From contig NC_079164.1 of NCBI RefSeq assembly GCF_947568905.1, positions 77,128,001 through 77,192,000 of the forward strand: a DNA stretch of 64,000 nucleotides. The letters run 5' to 3'. Below are positions 60,131 to 64,000 of this stretch, piece by piece. The stretch is from Ostrea edulis. Its lineage: Eukaryota. The position numbers and the translations under genes are program-made. The notes beneath the pieces were generated by a model that did not search any database, was not told the origin of the DNA, and was given only the letters and a program-made list of their open reading frames with translations. Position 1 is the first letter of the stretch; each line of letters begins with the position of its first letter.

Positions 60131-60859
60131 TAAAGTCAATCTGGTTGGAGACAATCGCCGATAACTGTTGATAGATATAATTAAAATTAATCTGCTGGGA
60201 GACAATCGCCGATCACTGTTGATTGATTGATTGATTTTATATTGTTTTACGTCCCTCTCGAGAATATTTCACTCATATGGAGACGTCACCACTGTCGGTG
60301 AAGGGGTGCAAAATTTAGACCTATGCTCGGCGCTTATGGCCATTGAGCAGGGAGGGTTCTTTATCGTGCCACACCTGCTGCGACACGGGACCTCGGTTTT
60401 TGCGGTCTCATCCGAAGGACCGCCCCATTTAGTCGCCTCTTACGACAAGCAAGGGGTACTGAGGACCTATTCTAACCCGGATCCCCACGTGATCCGATCA
60501 CTGTTGATAATTAAAATTAAACTCAATCTGCTGGGAGGCAATATCCGATAACTGTTGATAAATAGAATAAAGTCAATCTGCTGGGAGACAATCGCCGATC
60601 ACTGTTCATCAATAGAATTAAAGTCAATCTGCTGGGAGGCAATCGCCGATCACTGTTGATAGATATAATTAAAGTCAATTTGCTGGGAGACAATCGCTTA
60701 TCACTGTTCATCAATAGAATTAAAGTCAATCTGCTGGGAGGCAATCGCCGATCACTGTTGATAAATAGAATAAAGTCAATCTGCTGGGAGGCAATCGCCG
60801 ATCACTGTTGATAGATATAATTAAAGTCAATCTGCTGGGAGACAATCGCCGATAACTGT
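60131..60859 (+). repeat. Second block of the 51-bp exon-derived repeat, interrupted by a SINE
   Basis: Same unit at 60131-60223 and 60494-60859. Confidence 0.92.
60224..60493 (-). mobile_element. SINE family A copy with 15-bp TSD
   Basis: CCGATCACTGTTGAT at 60209-60223 and 60494-60508. Confidence 0.9.
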
Positions 60860-60984
60860 AATGATAAATTGTATTCATTGTTTATTGACCAAACACCGTT
60901 CATAAGTATAAAGTATATACAACAACAAACTATACAATGAAATAGTAACAGAACATAATATATCGTACTGATGTACATGGACAG

Positions 60985-62493
60985 GATAGATACTTTCAAC
61001 GAACTTGGCATTAATTCCACTTTTGGTAATCGTACTTATACTACAACTGCCCTTTCAAAAGATGAAGTTCTTCAAAATCATGCTTCAGTTTTAGACACAT
61101 TTAATATCCCAGTCAATGAGTCGAATGAATATGAGTTACCGTACCTATACTGGATTCCTAAACTACATAAAAACCCTTACAAAGATACATTGCTGGATCC
61201 ATTAAGTGCTCTACCAAGCCCATATCTTTGCTCCTCACGAAAATATTAACAGCTGTCAAGGAGAAACTTCAAACTTACTGTGCGACTACATATGCTAGAA
61301 GTGGTGTTAATCAAATGTGGATTCTAAAAAATTCTAAAGAACTTTTAGTAAACTTGAAATCGCAGAATTTTTCCCAAATCATTAACATTAAAACCTATGA
61401 CTTTTCAACACTATAAACGACCATTCCTCACAATAAATTAAAGACTATACTTTTTGACATCATAGACAGTTACTTCTTCAACAAAAATGGAAAACGGAAA
61501 TATTCATATCTAGTGATCAGTCATTCAAAAACTTACTTTGTTAAACACTACTCTGATTCCACGCACAAATACTCTGAAGTTGAAAAAAAAAATATGCTAG
61601 AGTTCCTCATCGACAATAACTTCGTGGTCTTTGGTAATCAGGTCTTCCAACAGTCTGTTGGAATTCCCATGGGCACGAATTGTGCTCCTTTGTTAGCTGA
61701 CCTGTTTCTATATTCATATGAAGCAGAATTTATTCAAAAACTTTTACGTGAGAACAAAAGATCTCTCGCTGTGACCTTCAATTCGACATTTCGATATATC
61801 GATGACGTTTTGTCTATTAACAATAATAACTTTCATTCATAAGTCCATTTGATATATTCCTGTGAGCTCGAAATAAAAGACACCACAGAGTCGTTCACTT
61901 CTGCTTCATACTTAGATATTTTATTGATAGTAGACATTAACGGCAAATTGACAACTCAACTTTATGACAAACGGGATGATTTCAACTTCTCCATAGTCAA
62001 CTTCCCATATTTATGTAGCAATATTCCATTATCACCTGGATATGATGTTTATATATCTCAACTGATTCGATATGTAAGAACTTGTTCTGCGTATAGTCAG
62101 TTTTTAAATCGAGGTAAACTACTGACAAACAAGTTGATGGTACAGGGGTTTCAACAGTCTCGATTGAAGTCAGCATTTCGCAAATTCTATGGTCGTTATA
62201 ACGATCTAGTTCGTAAATACAACCTATCATTGGGTCAAATGCTCTCTGACGTGATTCATACCGATTGTTAAGCCGTTCTTGGCACACTGATTTTGACTGA
62301 GGATAACTCCCGTTTACCTGAACAGAATATAGGTCTCACGGCGGGTGTGACCGGTCGACAGGGGATGCTTACTCCTCCTAAGTAGCTGATCCCACCTCTG
62401 GTGTGTCCAGGGGTCCGTGTTTGCCAAACTATCTATTTTATATTGCTTGTAGGAGTTATGAGATTGATCACTGTTCGTTATTTTCACCTTTCA
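60985..62493 (+). mobile_element. Penelope-like element RT with no C-terminal endonuclease (probable Naiad/Chlamys clade), 5'-truncated
   Basis: YLYWIPKLHK, KTYDFSTL, GIPMGTNCAPLLADLFLYSY, RYIDD, LYDKRDDF. The ORF ends at 62271 directly after the thumb and is followed by a ~220-nt 3' UTR. Several stops and frameshifts. Confidence 0.85.
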
Positions 62494-62563
62494 TACTGAG
62501 GATAGTCTTATAATAACTGGGATCTAATAGATGAACATCTATATAGGTATTTACCAAGTTTAC

Positions 62564-62665
62564 ATAATTAGAATTAAAGTCAATCTGCATGGAAACAATA
62601 GCTGATAACTGTTGATAAATAGAATGAAAGTCAATCTGCTGGGAGACAATCGCCGATAACTGTTG
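62564..62665 (+). repeat. Third remnant (2 units) of the 51-bp exon-derived repeat
   Basis: agaattaaagtcaatctgc...gggagacaatcgccgataactgttg. Confidence 0.85.
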
Positions 62666-63944
62666 AAATAAAACAGGACAAGGAAACACATGCTTTGTAG
62701 CTAACCTTGGTTTACAATGTCTAATATACAAAATGTAGAGATGTGTATGTTTTTGAGTTTCTTTTTTCAATATATGAGAATGATGGTTACATGTATTTTG
62801 CAGTATTACAGCTTAGGTATTTTTGTCTTCAAGCTTTGAGAATGAAGATAGCATGGATGTTGCAGGGGTATTAGTTGCCAATTTACCCCAGAAGTTGATT
62901 TTGAATTAAACCTTTCTCTACTGACTTGTAAATAATTACTTGCAAGATCTTATAAAGATCTTTTTATATTGTGAGCATATGTCTACAAAAATATATTATC
63001 ATATTTACATTTCCAATGTTTTTGCCTATAACATCTTTACAAATTGAAATGACAGGAATTTCCACATGAACGCGATGCTGTTGTACACAATGCGCGTATG
63101 AATACAAAACTAAATGTCTTTCATAAATACAGTACGTTTATTTGAGCGGCTGGAAATCCCAACAAAAATGAAAGTAGATTGTAAACTTAAGAATAATTTT
63201 AATTCTTTTAACTATTTAAGGATATGAACTGCAACGACATGCTTTTTACCATACTGTTCATGTTTGCAGTTCATACCCGCATCTATTTTCAAAATTGAAA
63301 ATCACTTCTCTTAAATGACTATTTAAGTTTTGCTTCTTGCAGCAAAGGTATTGCATACATAATATCATAGATGAATGTGTTTCGCTATATGCACATTTAT
63401 AGCGCATTAATAATTTGTATGGGTAATATATTTTGTTCCATTCAAACCATCTTATTCCGTTTCTTCGAATTAAATAGAGTAAACTTAATGTCAGTGAAAG
63501 TACATTAGTTTTATATTTAATACATGTATCTAGATGTTATCTTGAAAATAGGAAGCGTTTAGACAGCTCTGCCATCGTCCTACTAACATCACATGCTAAC
63601 ATATGTTTTATGCTAACCCTGTCTAATCTGTTCTGAGGTGTTTTGCCCAAGGATAATAACATTAATCCAAAGTGCGTTGTAAGGAGCATTTACCACAAAT
63701 GATATTTGCAGAATTTTTATAGAGCAGCTTATAGTAATACAGTTGTATGCATAAAATTAAAAACACGTGTCGATAAAAAGTTATTGGTATCACAGATTGA
63801 GTAAAACATGGGGGCACATTTTAAGTTAAATTAAAAGTTATAAAAGGCAAAATAGGTTGACATTTTGAAAATGACGAAATAAGTATAATATTATGTTGAT
63901 GTAGAGAAGTAAAAGAGGGGGGGGGGGGAACGTGCGATTGATAA

Positions 63945-64000
63945 TTATACCCGCACTATCTAAAGAAAGTTCAGGTATATTGGTGTTACCCTGGTCCGTC
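63945..64000 (+). mobile_element. Probable 5' end of another Helentron-type element running off the window
   Basis: ttatacccgcact...ggtatattggtgttaccctggtccgtc resembles DINE/HINE-type 5' ends. Confidence 0.4.

Noticed and set aside
62467-62478. GATCACTGTT shared between the Naiad 3' end and the 51-bp satellite unit
   Set aside because: Only 10 nt, and it is explained by the TAA>TCA change in the exon-derived unit.

Overview
AT-rich eukaryotic DNA, most likely from a bivalve mollusc (oyster-like; inferred from the repeat families, not proven). Two tandem, co-oriented SLC6 (Na+-coupled neurotransmitter/amino-acid symporter, glycine-transporter-like) paralogs dominate the window. Each has 13 coding exons with identical intron phases: gene 1 CDS 8077-19174 (631 aa) and gene 2 CDS 33172-57868 (633 aa). 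The rest is largely mobile DNA: a young full-length Ty3/Gypsy element (40307-47827, minus strand, 5-bp TSD) with an extra C2H2 zinc-finger ORF, an older Gypsy relic split by a TTAA (Kolobok-type) element, an Academ-type XPG/CXC transposon relic, Penelope-like elements (one RT+GIY-YIG; one RT ending without an endonuclease, plus many of its 3' ends), tRNA-derived SINEs and Helentron-type elements with ~165-bp internal repeats. The most unusual signals are: (1) a 147-bp LTR carrying the 5S rRNA internal control region followed by a tRNA-Leu PBS (Cassandra-like architecture in an animal); (2) four minimal hammerhead ribozyme motifs from three families within 1.5 kb downstream of the gene-1 stop codon; (3) a tandem array of duplicated splice acceptors before exon 12 of gene 2; (4) a 51-bp satellite derived from the gene's own terminal coding exon; (5) an intron whose two splice sites lie in a 14-bp direct repeat; and (6) exon-by-exon gene conversion between the paralogs. 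All calls are by eye and no searches were run. Family names and reference motifs come from recalled knowledge.
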